From positions 1 through 64,000 of the forward strand of contig JANRKS010000008.1 of assembly GCA_033763315.1 (NCBI GenBank): DNA of 64,000 nt, written 5' to 3'. The DNA comes from Deltaproteobacteria bacterium (GTDB lineage Bacteria; Myxococcota_A; Polyangia; Fen-1088). A program made the translations under genes and the position numbers. Below the pieces are notes generated by a model. The model made no database searches. It saw nothing but the letters and a program-made list of their open reading frames with translations, and was not told the DNA's origin. Position 1 is the first letter of the stretch; each line of letters opens with the position of its first letter. Shown piece after piece: positions 31,675 to 41,518 of this stretch.

Positions 31675-32459
31675 CAGCGAGCCTCCGCGGGGCGCAAGCG
31701 ATCTTCCAAAAGCTTCATACCGCGATCGAGGAGCAAGCCCACAAACCCAATCGTCAAGATGCACAACAAGATGTGTTCATAGATCAAGCTGTTGTATTCC
31801 TGCCACAAGAAGCCGCCCACGCCCGGGCTGCCCGTCAGCATCTCCACCGCCACGATCACCAGCCACGCAATGCCGAGCGACAGGCGAAACCCGGTGAACA
31901 TATAGGGCAAGGCCGCCGGCAGAAGAACCTTATAAAACGTTTGCAGCGGTGAAAGCTGCAGCATGCGCGCCACGTTGATGTAGTCCTTGGGTATGGAACG
32001 CACGCCCATGGCTGTGTTCAAAACGGTGGGCCACATCGAACATACGGCGATCGTAAAAAGCGCCGCTGGCTCTGACTTCTCGAAAAGAACCAACCCCAGG
32101 GGAAGCCAGGCCAGTGGCGAAACGGGACGCAACAACTGGATCACTGGATCCAGACCACGTGAGAACAGCTTCGAGCGCCCCAGCAAAAAGCCAAGCGGTG
32201 TGCCCAAGATCAACGCCAGCGTGTAGCCCTTGGCCACCAGCACCAGCGAATACCACGTGAAACGAAGAATGCCCTGATCCAATTCGCCGCGTTTAGCGAA
32301 TGGCTCAACGATGTATGGTTTACTGATTTCCCACGTTTTCGCAGGCGAAGGCAGGTTGTGAGCGAAGGTGGAAGCCACCAACGCCCACAAACCGAGAATC
32401 ACGGCGAAGCCGAAGAACGGCAAGATGAGGTACCAAGCTTTTTCTCTAAAACTCTTCAC
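31674..32459 (-). CDS. nrtB: Nitrate-family ABC transporter permease
   Basis: [30 protein letters not shown]; AAGGAG RBS. Confidence 0.88.
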   Translation of the reverse strand: MKSFREKAWYLILPFFGFAVILGLWALVASTFAHNLPSPAKTWEISKPYIVEPFAKRGELDQGILRFTWYSLVLVAKGYTLALILGTPLGFLLGRSKLFSRGLDPVIQLLRPVSPLAWLPLGLVLFEKSEPAALFTIAVCSMWPTVLNTAMGVRSIPKDYINVARMLQLSPLQTFYKVLLPAALPYMFTGFRLSLGIAWLVIVAVEMLTGSPGVGGFLWQEYNSLIYEHILLCILTIGFVGLLLDRGMKLLEDRLRPAEAR

Positions 32460-32488
32460 GTGAATCTCCTTCGCAAACGTAGCGGGTG

Positions 32489-33754
32489 TTAAGCCTTCAA
32501 GCTGTTAACCTCAAACGAGGCTGCGTAGGCTTCCGGCTTTGCCGGATCAAACGTTTTGCCGTCGAACAGAGTCTCGGGCTTGTTGTCGAGCCCGCCGTGC
32601 TTGTAGCCAATCTCCTTCATCGCTTCTTCGTAGATGTCAGGGCGCATCACCTGCTTGGGAATGCTTTGGTAATCCACCTTGCCGGGCAACATGCCCCAGC
32701 GCGCGAGCTGCGTGAGCCACCACACCGCATACTTTGGCTGCGGGTAGTTGCAGTTGCGCGAGCTGAAGATCATGTGGTTTGGGTCCTGCTTTTTGCGGCC
32801 ATCACCAAAATCATATTTGCCCTGTAGACGCCCGAGGATCAGTTCCTTTGGACAGTTGATGTAGGTTGGGCGCGACACGATCTCGGCTTGTTCTGGGCGG
32901 TTCTCCATCTTGTCAAGCCACACGCTGGCCTCGTTGAGCGCTTTGAGCACCGCTTTGACGGTCTTCGGATTCTTGTCCGCGAACTCAGCCGTGAAAGCAC
33001 AGACCTTTTCAGGATGATCCTTCCAAATGTCTTGCGTGTTGATGGCGGTGTAGCCAATGCCGTCGGCGATTGTGCGCGCGTTCCAAGGCTCGCCCACGCA
33101 GAAGCCATCCATCTTGCCCACCTTCATGTTCGCCACCATCTGCGGCGGGGGCACCGTGATCAAGGCAACGTCCTTATCAGGGTTGATGCCGCCGGCGCCC
33201 AGGAAGTACCGCATCCACATTGCGTGCGTGCCCGGAGGAAACGTCATCGCAAAGGTCAGCGGCGAGCCCTTGGCTTTGGCCTCCATCACGAACGGCTTGA
33301 GCGCTTTTGGATCCGCACCCACTTTGCCTTTGAAATCGGCTTTGAGGGTGATCGACTGGCCATTGCGGTTCAGCAGCCAGGGCACGATCATCGGCTTCTT
33401 CGGAGAACCAAGCAGGCCCATCGTTGAGGCGATTGGCATGCCCAACAACATGTGCGTGGCGGCAATGTCCCCATTTGACAAGGAATCGCGGATCGCCGCC
33501 CAGCTCGCGCCTTTTGAAACAACCGAATTGATTCCGTACTTCTTGAACAGCCCCTTCTCGTGCGCGATCACGATGGGCGAACAATCGGTCAGCGCGATCA
33601 TGCCAAACTTCACATCGGTGGTCTCAGGCGCATCCGATGCATAAGCGCCGGGAAGGAACTTTGCCCACGCGGCGCCAGCCAAAGCGGCGGCCCCCGTCTT
33701 CACCAAGGTACGACGCCCCACCCCACCCGACACCGAACTCAATCGTTTCGACAT
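32489..33754 (-). CDS. nrtA: CmpA/NrtA-family ABC substrate-binding protein (Tat signal)
   Basis: GRRTLV, IALTDCSP, MTFPPGTH, PPPQMVANM, GEPWN, DHPEK. Exact substrate not determinable from sequence. Confidence 0.88.
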   Translation of the reverse strand: MSKRLSSVSGGVGRRTLVKTGAAALAGAAWAKFLPGAYASDAPETTDVKFGMIALTDCSPIVIAHEKGLFKKYGINSVVSKGASWAAIRDSLSNGDIAATHMLLGMPIASTMGLLGSPKKPMIVPWLLNRNGQSITLKADFKGKVGADPKALKPFVMEAKAKGSPLTFAMTFPPGTHAMWMRYFLGAGGINPDKDVALITVPPPQMVANMKVGKMDGFCVGEPWNARTIADGIGYTAINTQDIWKDHPEKVCAFTAEFADKNPKTVKAVLKALNEASVWLDKMENRPEQAEIVSRPTYINCPKELILGRLQGKYDFGDGRKKQDPNHMIFSSRNCNYPQPKYAVWWLTQLARWGMLPGKVDYQSIPKQVMRPDIYEEAMKEIGYKHGGLDNKPETLFDGKTFDPAKPEAYAASFEVNSLKA

Positions 33755-34009
33755 TACTCAGCCTTTCTGTGACAATCACTAAACGCGGACGCGCCGCGCA
33801 CGGTGACGTTCCGAGGCCGATGTGCTCGTCGGTACGACGGCTTTCAGACTAACGGCGTCTGATTTCCGGCGCGTTTCGAGACAGGAAAACGTAAGTAACT
33901 CGGCTTTGAGGCATGATTGAGCCATACAAACGGCAGCCGCGAAGACACACCGAGTGCGTCCTTGCGGCCCCAACCATGGGCTGCCGGCGTTTGGAGGGAG
34001 GTTTGGACG

Positions 34010-34399
34010 CTACATCCAGGCGCCAGCGGCAACAGGCTCGCCTGCGCCGGGCCGCAACCGCATGCGACAGAACATTTCGATCTTGCGCACAGACTCTGGC
34101 GCAACGTTGGCGAACCGAAGGCCTGTGCGACGAAACTTGCCGGCGCGTTGATCGCTGACCACCACGGCCTGGGCGGCAATTTCTTCACCGTAACCGGGCA
34201 GCTCGAACCACAGCATCACCGGCATCCCCATCGCGAGCGGCAGCCCGCCCGGACGCCTCAAGGACATGCCCGCGGGGGCCAAGTCTTCACATTGGCCCAG
34301 GTGCATGTCGGGGCCGACTGCGCTTTTCACAGCAAAGATGGACACAACGCGATCGTTGTTTCGCCTGTCTTGCCGGGTTCGACGCCGTTCCGTGGTCAT
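34010..34399 (-). CDS. Stand-alone PilZ-domain protein
   Basis: RRNNDR (RxxxR), DLAPAG (DxSxxG-like), C-terminal GLRF. Confidence 0.75.
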   Translation of the reverse strand: MTTERRRTRQDRRNNDRVVSIFAVKSAVGPDMHLGQCEDLAPAGMSLRRPGGLPLAMGMPVMLWFELPGYGEEIAAQAVVVSDQRAGKFRRTGLRFANVAPESVRKIEMFCRMRLRPGAGEPVAAGAWM

Positions 34400-34489
34400 A
34401 CAGGCCAGGGTAAGCGCACCCTGGGGAACCACAAAAAAACCTATCGCAATGCGGACCGTGGGCGACCTAGGAGGGCGCGCGGCCAGGGG

Positions 34490-34666
34490 TCAGGCGGCTT
34501 CGAGCGGCTTGGCTTCTTCCACGATGAAGTTCGGGATGCCTTCGATCACCTGATAGGCAAGCTTGCAAGACTTGCACTGAAACTCACTCTCGTCGGCCTT
34601 GAGGACCAAGGAGCCTTTGCATTTGGGGCAAGCGAGGATATCGATGAGCGCCTTGTTCAAAGCCAT
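34490..34666 (-). CDS. Trm112-family (UPF0434/YcaR-like) small protein, 58 aa
   Basis: LIDILACPKCKGSL...CKSCKLAYQVIEGIPNF. Confidence 0.9.
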   Translation of the reverse strand: MALNKALIDILACPKCKGSLVLKADESEFQCKSCKLAYQVIEGIPNFIVEEAKPLEAA

Positions 34667-34787
34667 GCGCCACGTATAAATCCGCCGCGACTGTGGTGCA
34701 AGCTTAACGGCCGACAGGCGCGCAAAAAGGCGGGGTGGCGGTGCCAGCAACTCGCCGTTTACGCGGAGCCGTGATAACACAGAGGGT

Positions 34788-36887
34788 ATGCTCAAGCGCG
34801 TGGTTTTTGCCCTGGTTTTGCTGGGTTCGGCGGCGTTGTTCGGTTGGACGGTGCGCCGCTTTGCGCGCATGGTGTTGGCCGGCAAACCCGAGAACCGCTG
34901 GGATCGGCTGCCCGAACGGTTCGGTTCGGTGCTCAAGTATTTCTTCGGCCAGCGAAAGGTCATCGAAGAATCGCGCATTCCGTCCACCCGGGCCAAGCGT
35001 TTCGTCCGCGCCATGGGGTCGAAATACCACTTCTTCATCTTTTGGGGCTTCATCATCATCACGATCGGCACCGTCGAGCTGCTGATCCAGGGGCTATTCC
35101 CCGCGTTCAACCTGACGCAGGTGTTTGGCCAAACGCTGGCCTACTACACGTGGGTGGCGATTGATTGGTCGAACCTCATCGTTTTGGGCCTGATTGCCTT
35201 CTCTGTGTTTCGGCGCGTGGTGCTGCAACCACGGCTGATTCCGATGAGCCGCGACGCCGCCGCCATCTTGGGCGCCATCGCCGTCTTGATGATCACCCAC
35301 TTCTTCATTCACGGCTTCGCTGGTTTGGCCAGCGGCGAACCCGAGGCGGGGTTTCCGTTGTCGGCGAAGTTCGCGTCGGCGTTTGCCGGCTTATCCCCGG
35401 CCGTGGCCAATGTGATTTCCGAGGCCAATTGGTGGATCCACATAGCGGTGGTTCTGGCGTTCGGTAACTACCTGCTTTACTCAAAGCACAGCCACATCAT
35501 GGCGGCGTTGCCGAACATCTTTTTCCGCCGCTTGGACCAGCGAGGCGTGTTGCCCAAGCTGAACATGGAGGCCGAAGAGATCGAGCAGATCGGCATCGTC
35601 AAAGAGTTCAACGACTTCACGTGGCGCTCGCTGCTGGATGGCTACGCTTGCACTGAATGTGCACGCTGCACGAACGAGTGCCCCGCCTACAACACGGGTA
35701 AACCGCTTTCGCCAATGCAAGTCGTGCACGACGTGCGCGATGAGATGAAAAAGAAACTGCCTGGCCGTGGCCCCTTGGACACGCTCATGGAGCGTTTCCA
35801 GCACGGGGACGAAGGCGAGCACAACATCACCCGGGACGTGGAGATGGTGGGCGGGCGCACGACCGAGGACGTGCTTTGGTCGTGCACCACCTGCGGGGCC
35901 TGCCAAGAGGTGTGCCCGGTATTCATCGATCAGCCCGAGAAGATCTTGCAGATGCGGCAAAACCTGGTCTTGCTGCAAGAGAAAGTGCCGCCGGATCTGG
36001 CCCGCACGTTCAAGAACCTGGAGCAAAACGGCAACCCCTGGGGCATCGGCGCGGACAAGCGCATGGATTGGGCTGACGGCCAAGACGTGCCAACGTTGGA
36101 CGACAAGCCCAACGCCGAATACCTGCTGTGGGTGGGCTGCGCTGGCGCCTATGACGATCGCATCAAGAAGCAAACCCTGGCCTTGGTGGACATCTTGAAG
36201 GAAGGCGGCGTTGATTTTGCGGTGCTGGGCCTCGAAGAAGGCTGCACGGGTGATCCCGCGCGGCGCTCAGGCAACGAGATGCTGTACCAAATGCAGGCGC
36301 AGCAGAACGTGGACACGATGAAGGAAAAGAACGTGAAAAAGGTGATCACGGCTTGCCCGCACTGCCTGCACACGATCAAGAACGAATACCCGCAACTGGG
36401 CGGCACGTTTGAGGTGAAGCACCACACGCAGGTGATCCGCGAGTTGGTGGATTCTGGAAAAGTGAACGTCAATAAAGATGCCGACGGCATCAAGCGCGTG
36501 ACGTTTCACGATCCCTGTTACCTCGGCCGATGGAACGGCGAATATGACGCCCCTCGGGACGCTTTGGACAAAGTGGGCTCCAACCGCATCGAACTCGATC
36601 GTTCGAAAGAACACGGCTTTTGCTGCGGGGCCGGCGGTGGGCGCATGTGGATGGAAGAAAACATCGGCACGCGCGTGAACCATAACCGCGTGGATGAGAT
36701 CATCGCGTCGGGTGCCGAGACGGTGGCCACCGCGTGCCCATTCTGCACAATCATGGTGCAAGACGGCGTCAACGACCGCGGCGCCAACGAAAAGGTGCAG
36801 GTGCTTAACGTTTCGGAGATGGTGGCCAAATCGATGGTGCGCAAGCGGCAAATCCAGGCCGAGGCCAAGGCCCCAGACGCCTCATAG
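34788..36887 (+). CDS. fadF: Membrane Fe-S oxidoreductase, FadF/HdrD-like (TM + 2x[4Fe-4S] + 2x CCG)
   Basis: CTECARCTNECP, CTTCGACQEVCP, TACPHC, HDPCYLGR, CCGAGGG, ACPFC. Confidence 0.88.
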   Translation: MLKRVVFALVLLGSAALFGWTVRRFARMVLAGKPENRWDRLPERFGSVLKYFFGQRKVIEESRIPSTRAKRFVRAMGSKYHFFIFWGFIIITIGTVELLIQGLFPAFNLTQVFGQTLAYYTWVAIDWSNLIVLGLIAFSVFRRVVLQPRLIPMSRDAAAILGAIAVLMITHFFIHGFAGLASGEPEAGFPLSAKFASAFAGLSPAVANVISEANWWIHIAVVLAFGNYLLYSKHSHIMAALPNIFFRRLDQRGVLPKLNMEAEEIEQIGIVKEFNDFTWRSLLDGYACTECARCTNECPAYNTGKPLSPMQVVHDVRDEMKKKLPGRGPLDTLMERFQHGDEGEHNITRDVEMVGGRTTEDVLWSCTTCGACQEVCPVFIDQPEKILQMRQNLVLLQEKVPPDLARTFKNLEQNGNPWGIGADKRMDWADGQDVPTLDDKPNAEYLLWVGCAGAYDDRIKKQTLALVDILKEGGVDFAVLGLEEGCTGDPARRSGNEMLYQMQAQQNVDTMKEKNVKKVITACPHCLHTIKNEYPQLGGTFEVKHHTQVIRELVDSGKVNVNKDADGIKRVTFHDPCYLGRWNGEYDAPRDALDKVGSNRIELDRSKEHGFCCGAGGGRMWMEENIGTRVNHNRVDEIIASGAETVATACPFCTIMVQDGVNDRGANEKVQVLNVSEMVAKSMVRKRQIQAEAKAPDAS

Positions 36888-37012
36888 AACGAACGTCGAC
36901 GAGACGCCCGGATCGCGACATCCAGGTCGGGGGACCGCCCGGATTTTCGGTGTGTAACGGCCCGGATTAGGTAACCGAGCCAGACACACGGGCATTTCGC
37001 GTATCTTTGAAC

Positions 37013-37030
37013 GTGGCCTAGGTCTTGCTG
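37013..37030 (+). promoter_or_regulatory. Putative sigma54 promoter of the haloperoxidase gene
   Basis: TGGCCTAGGTCTTGCT = GG-N10-GC; three GCCCGGAT copies upstream (36906, 36937, 36960). Confidence 0.68.
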
Positions 37031-37053
37031 TTACGCCCGCCGCACGTGACGCC

Positions 37054-39072
37054 ATGAAAACTTCCCCCCACAACATCCTTGTCTTTTCACTCGCCGCGGC
37101 TTTGGCCGCTTGCCAGGGTGTTGATCCCACTCCGCAACCCGTGCCCAACCCCACCCCTGTGGTGCACATCTACCGTGCGGAATGGTCGGCGGCGCGCAAC
37201 TGGAATGAAGCTCTGTTGGCGGCGATTCGCCGGGATCTGGCGCGGCCCCCTGTGCATGCGCGCAACCTTTTTCATACCTCGGTGTTGATGTACGACGTGT
37301 GGGCGGTGCTCGATCCGGTGGCTACCCCCTTGTTTTTGGGTCGCAGCCTGCCGCGGGCCAACGGAGGCACCAGCACTTGTGCGCTCACGCCTTCACAGCG
37401 CACGGCTTTGCAACAAGGCTCGATCGATCCCATGACCGAGCGCTCAATCGCGATCGCGTACGGCATGAACAAGCTGTTGCATCATCGGTTTGCCTCCTCG
37501 CCAAATGCGGCAGAATCAGCGGCTCTGTTCGATACGCTGATGACCGATATGAAACTTGATCCCAAGGCGAAGACGGGATCGTTGCAAGCAGGCACCCAGG
37601 CACAAAAGATGGCGGCGTTGGGCAATTACATGGCCGATTGCCTGATCGACCACGGCATGAAGGACGGCGCCAACGAAGCGGGCAACTACGCCAACCAAAC
37701 GTATATTCCAGCCAACGGACCGCTGTTCACTTCAGAAGATGGCACGAGCGGAATCAACGATCCGGATCGCTGGCAGCCGTTGTCACTGCAAAGGGCGATC
37801 GATCAAGCGGGCAACCCCTTGGCCAACGTGCCGTCTTTCGTGTGCGCTGAGTGGGGCGGCGTGGTGCCATTCGCGATGTCGGCGGCACAAAGCAAGCCCA
37901 TGCAGCGCGGGGGATTCACGTGGCCTGTATTCCATGACCCGGGGCCACCCGCGAGGTTGCGCGGGGTTGGTGCTGATCCCGAGGCGTACAAATGGAACCA
38001 CGCGATGGTGTTGCAATGGTCGTCGCATTTGGATCCCAGCGACGGCGTGATGCAGGACATCTCGCCAGCCACGCTGGGCAACTCGGCGGCCCTGCCCACG
38101 GACTTGGCCTCGTATAAGGCGTTCTACAACGTGGCGGGTGGTGTGATGCAAAGCGGGCACACCCTCAATCCAAAAACGGGACAACCGTACGCACCGAACG
38201 TTGTTCCGCGCGGTGATTACACGCGCGTGTTGTCCGAGTTTTGGGCGGATGGCCCAAAGTCCGAAACGCCGCCTGGTCACTGGTTCGTGATGTTCAATCA
38301 CCTGGTCAGCGACCACCCCCAGGTGCAGAAGCGCTACCGCGGCCAAGGGCCGGTGCTGGACGCGCTTGAGTGGGACGTCAAAGCGTACTTCGCTTTGGCG
38401 GGCGCGCTTCACGACGCCGCGATCACGGCGTGGGGCCTCAAGGGCTTTTACGACTCGATACGACCGATCTCTGCGAACCGCTTCATGGCGGCGCAAGGGC
38501 AATCGTCGGATCCGGCGCAACAAAACTATCATCCTGAAGGGTTGCCGTTGATCGCCGGAGCGATTGAGTTGGTGGCGGCAGGCGATCCGCTGGCCGGCCC
38601 TGGTGGTGAGAATGTGGGCAAGGTGAAAGTGAAGGCCTGGAAAGGCACCGTGGGCAACCCGGCCACCGACGTGGCTGGTGTGGGTTGGATCCTGGCGGAA
38701 AAGTGGCTCCCCTACCAACCCGCCACCTTCGTGACCCCACCCTTCGCGGGTTACATCTCAGGCCACTCCACGTATTCGCGCGCGGCCGCCGAAGTGTTGA
38801 CCGCTTTCACCGGTGATGCCTACTTCCCCGGGGGCCTCGGCGAATTCACCGCGAAGAAGGACACCTTCTTGCGATTCGAGCGCGGACCTTCCGTAGATGT
38901 AACGCTGCAATGGGCCACCTACAGGGATGCCTCGGACCAAACCAGCTTGTCGCGCATCTGGGGCGGCATCCATCCCCCCATGGACGACATCCCTGGCAGG
39001 ACAATCGGCACCTTGATCGCACAAGAGGCTTTTACACTCGCGGACAAACTGTTCCGCGGCGAAGCGCTGTAG
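37054..39072 (+). CDS. Vanadium-dependent haloperoxidase / PAP2-superfamily lipoprotein
   Basis: Lipobox LAAC; WGLKGFYDSIRP, PPFAGYISGHS, SRIWGGIH vanadate-binding motifs. Confidence 0.88.
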   Translation: MKTSPHNILVFSLAAALAACQGVDPTPQPVPNPTPVVHIYRAEWSAARNWNEALLAAIRRDLARPPVHARNLFHTSVLMYDVWAVLDPVATPLFLGRSLPRANGGTSTCALTPSQRTALQQGSIDPMTERSIAIAYGMNKLLHHRFASSPNAAESAALFDTLMTDMKLDPKAKTGSLQAGTQAQKMAALGNYMADCLIDHGMKDGANEAGNYANQTYIPANGPLFTSEDGTSGINDPDRWQPLSLQRAIDQAGNPLANVPSFVCAEWGGVVPFAMSAAQSKPMQRGGFTWPVFHDPGPPARLRGVGADPEAYKWNHAMVLQWSSHLDPSDGVMQDISPATLGNSAALPTDLASYKAFYNVAGGVMQSGHTLNPKTGQPYAPNVVPRGDYTRVLSEFWADGPKSETPPGHWFVMFNHLVSDHPQVQKRYRGQGPVLDALEWDVKAYFALAGALHDAAITAWGLKGFYDSIRPISANRFMAAQGQSSDPAQQNYHPEGLPLIAGAIELVAAGDPLAGPGGENVGKVKVKAWKGTVGNPATDVAGVGWILAEKWLPYQPATFVTPPFAGYISGHSTYSRAAAEVLTAFTGDAYFPGGLGEFTAKKDTFLRFERGPSVDVTLQWATYRDASDQTSLSRIWGGIHPPMDDIPGRTIGTLIAQEAFTLADKLFRGEAL

Positions 39073-39114
39073 CGAGCGTTCGCCAGGTACGGCCGCGCGC
39101 GCTATTGTGCGGCC

Positions 39115-40755
39115 GTGACCAGCCCGTTATTGCCCTTGGGTGCATGGACGCCCAGCACCGAAACGCCTTGTTTTGCGCCCGCTGAGCTTGTGCCCGCTGT
39201 GGCGCGCTTTCGCGAACCGCTGCACCTGATACGCGACGGCGCGCGTGGGCCTTTAGGGGTGGCGTTCGAGGGCAGTGTGAGTTTGGATGCACCCGTAGGT
39301 GGCGGATCTGGGCGGTACCCGTGGCTCGGCCGCTTGCCCGCCATCTATCCTGAATGGCTTGGCGATCGAGGCTTCTGCGAGACGCACAACCTTCGTTTTG
39401 CCTACATCGCGGGCGAGATGGCGAACGGCATCGCCACACCCGCCCTTGTGATCGCGATGGCACGCGCGGGCATGTTGGGTTTTTTCGGTGCGGGCGGTTT
39501 GCATCCACAACGCGTGGAGCAAGCGCTCAATGAGATCGAGGCGGCGCTCGGCCCCAGCAACGGTCACCCGGCGCCGTCGTGGGGCACCAATCTGATTCAT
39601 TCGCCAGCGGAACCTGCGATCGAAAACGCCGTGGCTGATCTCTACATCAGGCGCGGCGTCCGACGCGTTTGCGTATCGGCGTTCATGAATTTAACGCCAG
39701 CGGTGGCGCGTTTGGCGGCCAGCGGTCTTGTGCAAAACGAACAAGGGCGCGTTGAACGCAAACACCACATCTTCGCGAAGATCTCACGGCCCGAGGTGGC
39801 CACGGCATTCATGTCGCCCGCCCCGCTTTCCATGTTGGAAAGTCTCGTGCGCGCGGGGCAGATCACGCAGAACGAAGCACAATTGGCGCAACAGATCCCC
39901 GTGGCCGCTGAGATCACCGTTGAATCAGATTCCGGCGGGCACACGGACAACAGACCGCTGGGCTCGCTCCTGCCCGTGATCACAGCGCTGCGCGATGAAA
40001 TGATGAAGCGCCACGATTTCAAATACGCCATTCGCGTCGGCGCCGCGGGCGGATTGGGAACACCCGAAGCCGTGGCGGCGGCCTTCGCGATGGGTGCCGC
40101 CTACGTTGTGACTGGTTCTATCAACCAAAGTACCGTCGAAGCGGGCCTGAGCGCCGAGGGTAAGGCTTTGCTGGCACAGGCGGGGTTGGCGGACGTGATC
40201 ATGGCGCCAGCCGCCGATATGTTCGAGCTTGGCGTGAAGGTGCAGGTGCTCAAGCGTGGCTCGCTGTTCGGACCGCGCGCTTTGCGCTTGTATGAAGTGT
40301 TTCGCAGCTACGAGAGCTTAGAAGCCATTCCAGCGGCCGTGCGCGAGAAGCTTGAACGTGAAGTTTTGGGCCTTACCTGCGACGCCATCTGGAACGAAGT
40401 GCAGACATTCTTTGCAGAGAGAGATCCGCAAGAGATCGCGCGCGCGCAAGCCGACGGCAAGCATAAGATGGCGCTGGTCTTCCGGTGGTACCTTGGCCTT
40501 TCGAGCCGATGGGCGATCGCCGGAGAGCCAAGCCGGCGCGCCGACTATCAGATCTGGTGCGGGCCCGCGATGGGCGCGTTCAACGGTTGGGTCAAAGGCA
40601 CGTTTTTGGAGGCACCAGAAAAACGCAACGTCACCCAGCTGGCGTGGAATCTGATGGAGGGCGCGGCCGCCGTCACGCGCGCCCAGCAGTTGCGCAGCGC
40701 AGGCGTTCCCGTTCCCACAGAGGCTTTTCACTTCGCGCCGCGGCAGCTTGGGTGA
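39115..40755 (+). CDS. pfaD: PUFA synthase enoyl reductase (PfaD / myxobacterial Pfa1)
   Basis: GEMANGIA, AKISRPEVA, ESDSGGHTD, MAPAADMFELG, YQIWCGPAMGAFN. Confidence 0.95.
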   Translation: MTSPLLPLGAWTPSTETPCFAPAELVPAVARFREPLHLIRDGARGPLGVAFEGSVSLDAPVGGGSGRYPWLGRLPAIYPEWLGDRGFCETHNLRFAYIAGEMANGIATPALVIAMARAGMLGFFGAGGLHPQRVEQALNEIEAALGPSNGHPAPSWGTNLIHSPAEPAIENAVADLYIRRGVRRVCVSAFMNLTPAVARLAASGLVQNEQGRVERKHHIFAKISRPEVATAFMSPAPLSMLESLVRAGQITQNEAQLAQQIPVAAEITVESDSGGHTDNRPLGSLLPVITALRDEMMKRHDFKYAIRVGAAGGLGTPEAVAAAFAMGAAYVVTGSINQSTVEAGLSAEGKALLAQAGLADVIMAPAADMFELGVKVQVLKRGSLFGPRALRLYEVFRSYESLEAIPAAVREKLEREVLGLTCDAIWNEVQTFFAERDPQEIARAQADGKHKMALVFRWYLGLSSRWAIAGEPSRRADYQIWCGPAMGAFNGWVKGTFLEAPEKRNVTQLAWNLMEGAAAVTRAQQLRSAGVPVPTEAFHFAPRQLG

Positions 40756-40920
40756 TCTGGCGGCACCCCTGTTAGAACGGGCGCATGGACGCACGGGCTT
40801 TCGCGAATCGAGGGCCGAGCACCGAAGTTTCGCGATCGGCGCGTGGCACCCGCGAAACAGTTGGCCCAAGCGAAGCGGCCACTTAGGCGATCGCAGCGGC
40901 AGCCGTCGCCAGCTTCAGTG

Positions 40921-40939
40921 ATGGATCGATGGTTGCAAT
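40921..40939 (+). promoter_or_regulatory. Possible sigma54 promoter of the STAS gene
   Basis: TGGATCGATGGTTGCAAT = GG-N10-GC with strong -12 and weaker -24. TTTCGCGA repeats and GTTTCGCG-N16-CGCGAAAC at 40799-40858. Confidence 0.42.
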
Positions 40940-41053
40940 ACCTGGGGTATGGCCTTTCGATCTATCGAAGTTTCGGGTGACAGTCAGCTGCTTGCCATGC
41001 AGGGCTCCGGGCGGCATCACCGCGACACCGGTCGGGCGCCGAGGGAGACGCGG

Positions 41054-41344
41054 GTGATCAAGGTCAAAGGAATACTCGATCCCGGCTCTTACGAACTGTT
41101 CGCGCCGTTGCTTCAATGGGTTCCCCAAGGGCCCTTCGAGGTCATCATCGACTGTCATGAGCTTGAGCGCGTGAGCACAGCCGGGATGGGGCTGTTCCTG
41201 CTCGTTGACAACTTTGTACGACGACACTTCGGCAACGTGCGAATTATCGGTTGCAACGAGGATGTGGCACGGGTGCTTCAGACGGCCAGTGACTTCACCA
41301 ACCGCTTTCAGATACCGTTTGAGCGCGCCAAAAGCCCCCTATAA
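41054..41344 (+). CDS. STAS-domain (anti-anti-sigma-like) protein
   Basis: VIKVKGILD...VIIDCHELERVSTAGMGLF...V+IIGCNEDVARVL. GAGGGAG RBS favours GTG 41054 (ORF open from 40949). Confidence 0.75.
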   Translation: MIKVKGILDPGSYELFAPLLQWVPQGPFEVIIDCHELERVSTAGMGLFLLVDNFVRRHFGNVRIIGCNEDVARVLQTASDFTNRFQIPFERAKSPL

Positions 41345-41518
41345 CCAACGTCGCGTGCCGCTGGCGAGCTCGGTGCGGGAACCACATGTGGGCTCACCGG
41401 CAAGGTCGCTTTTGCTGGGAGCGAAACCCTCGCCGATGTAGGATTGGACAATGTGGTCGGGCCGCGTCACCGATGCGACGCTGTGGGAGCCACCCATGAA
41501 CACTTCGGACAGCAGTAG

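Noticed and set aside
33844-33862. ANTAR-like hairpin TCAGAC-TAACGGC-GTCTGA
   Set aside because: The AACGGC loop is on the strand antisense to nrtA, the loop is 7 nt, and there is no second matching hairpin.
33835-33892. Resemblance to the glnA glutamine riboswitch (GGAAATC...GAAAG on the minus strand)
   Set aside because: It lacks GGAAGUA and a 3' strand closing P1; retained only as an unassigned structured leader.
33911-33924. Sigma54-like TGGCTCAATCATGC upstream of nrtA (minus strand)
   Set aside because: Spacing is GG-N9-GC, not the required N10.
34667-35110. 206-aa ORF extending Trm112 upstream
   Set aside because: The extension is antisense to fadF; only the last 58 aa look like a real protein.
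41361-41377. CTGGCGAGCTCGGTGCG as a sigma54 promoter for the second DUF1592 pair
   Set aside because: Correct spacing but poor flanks, no clear upstream tandem site, and likely by chance in GC-rich DNA.
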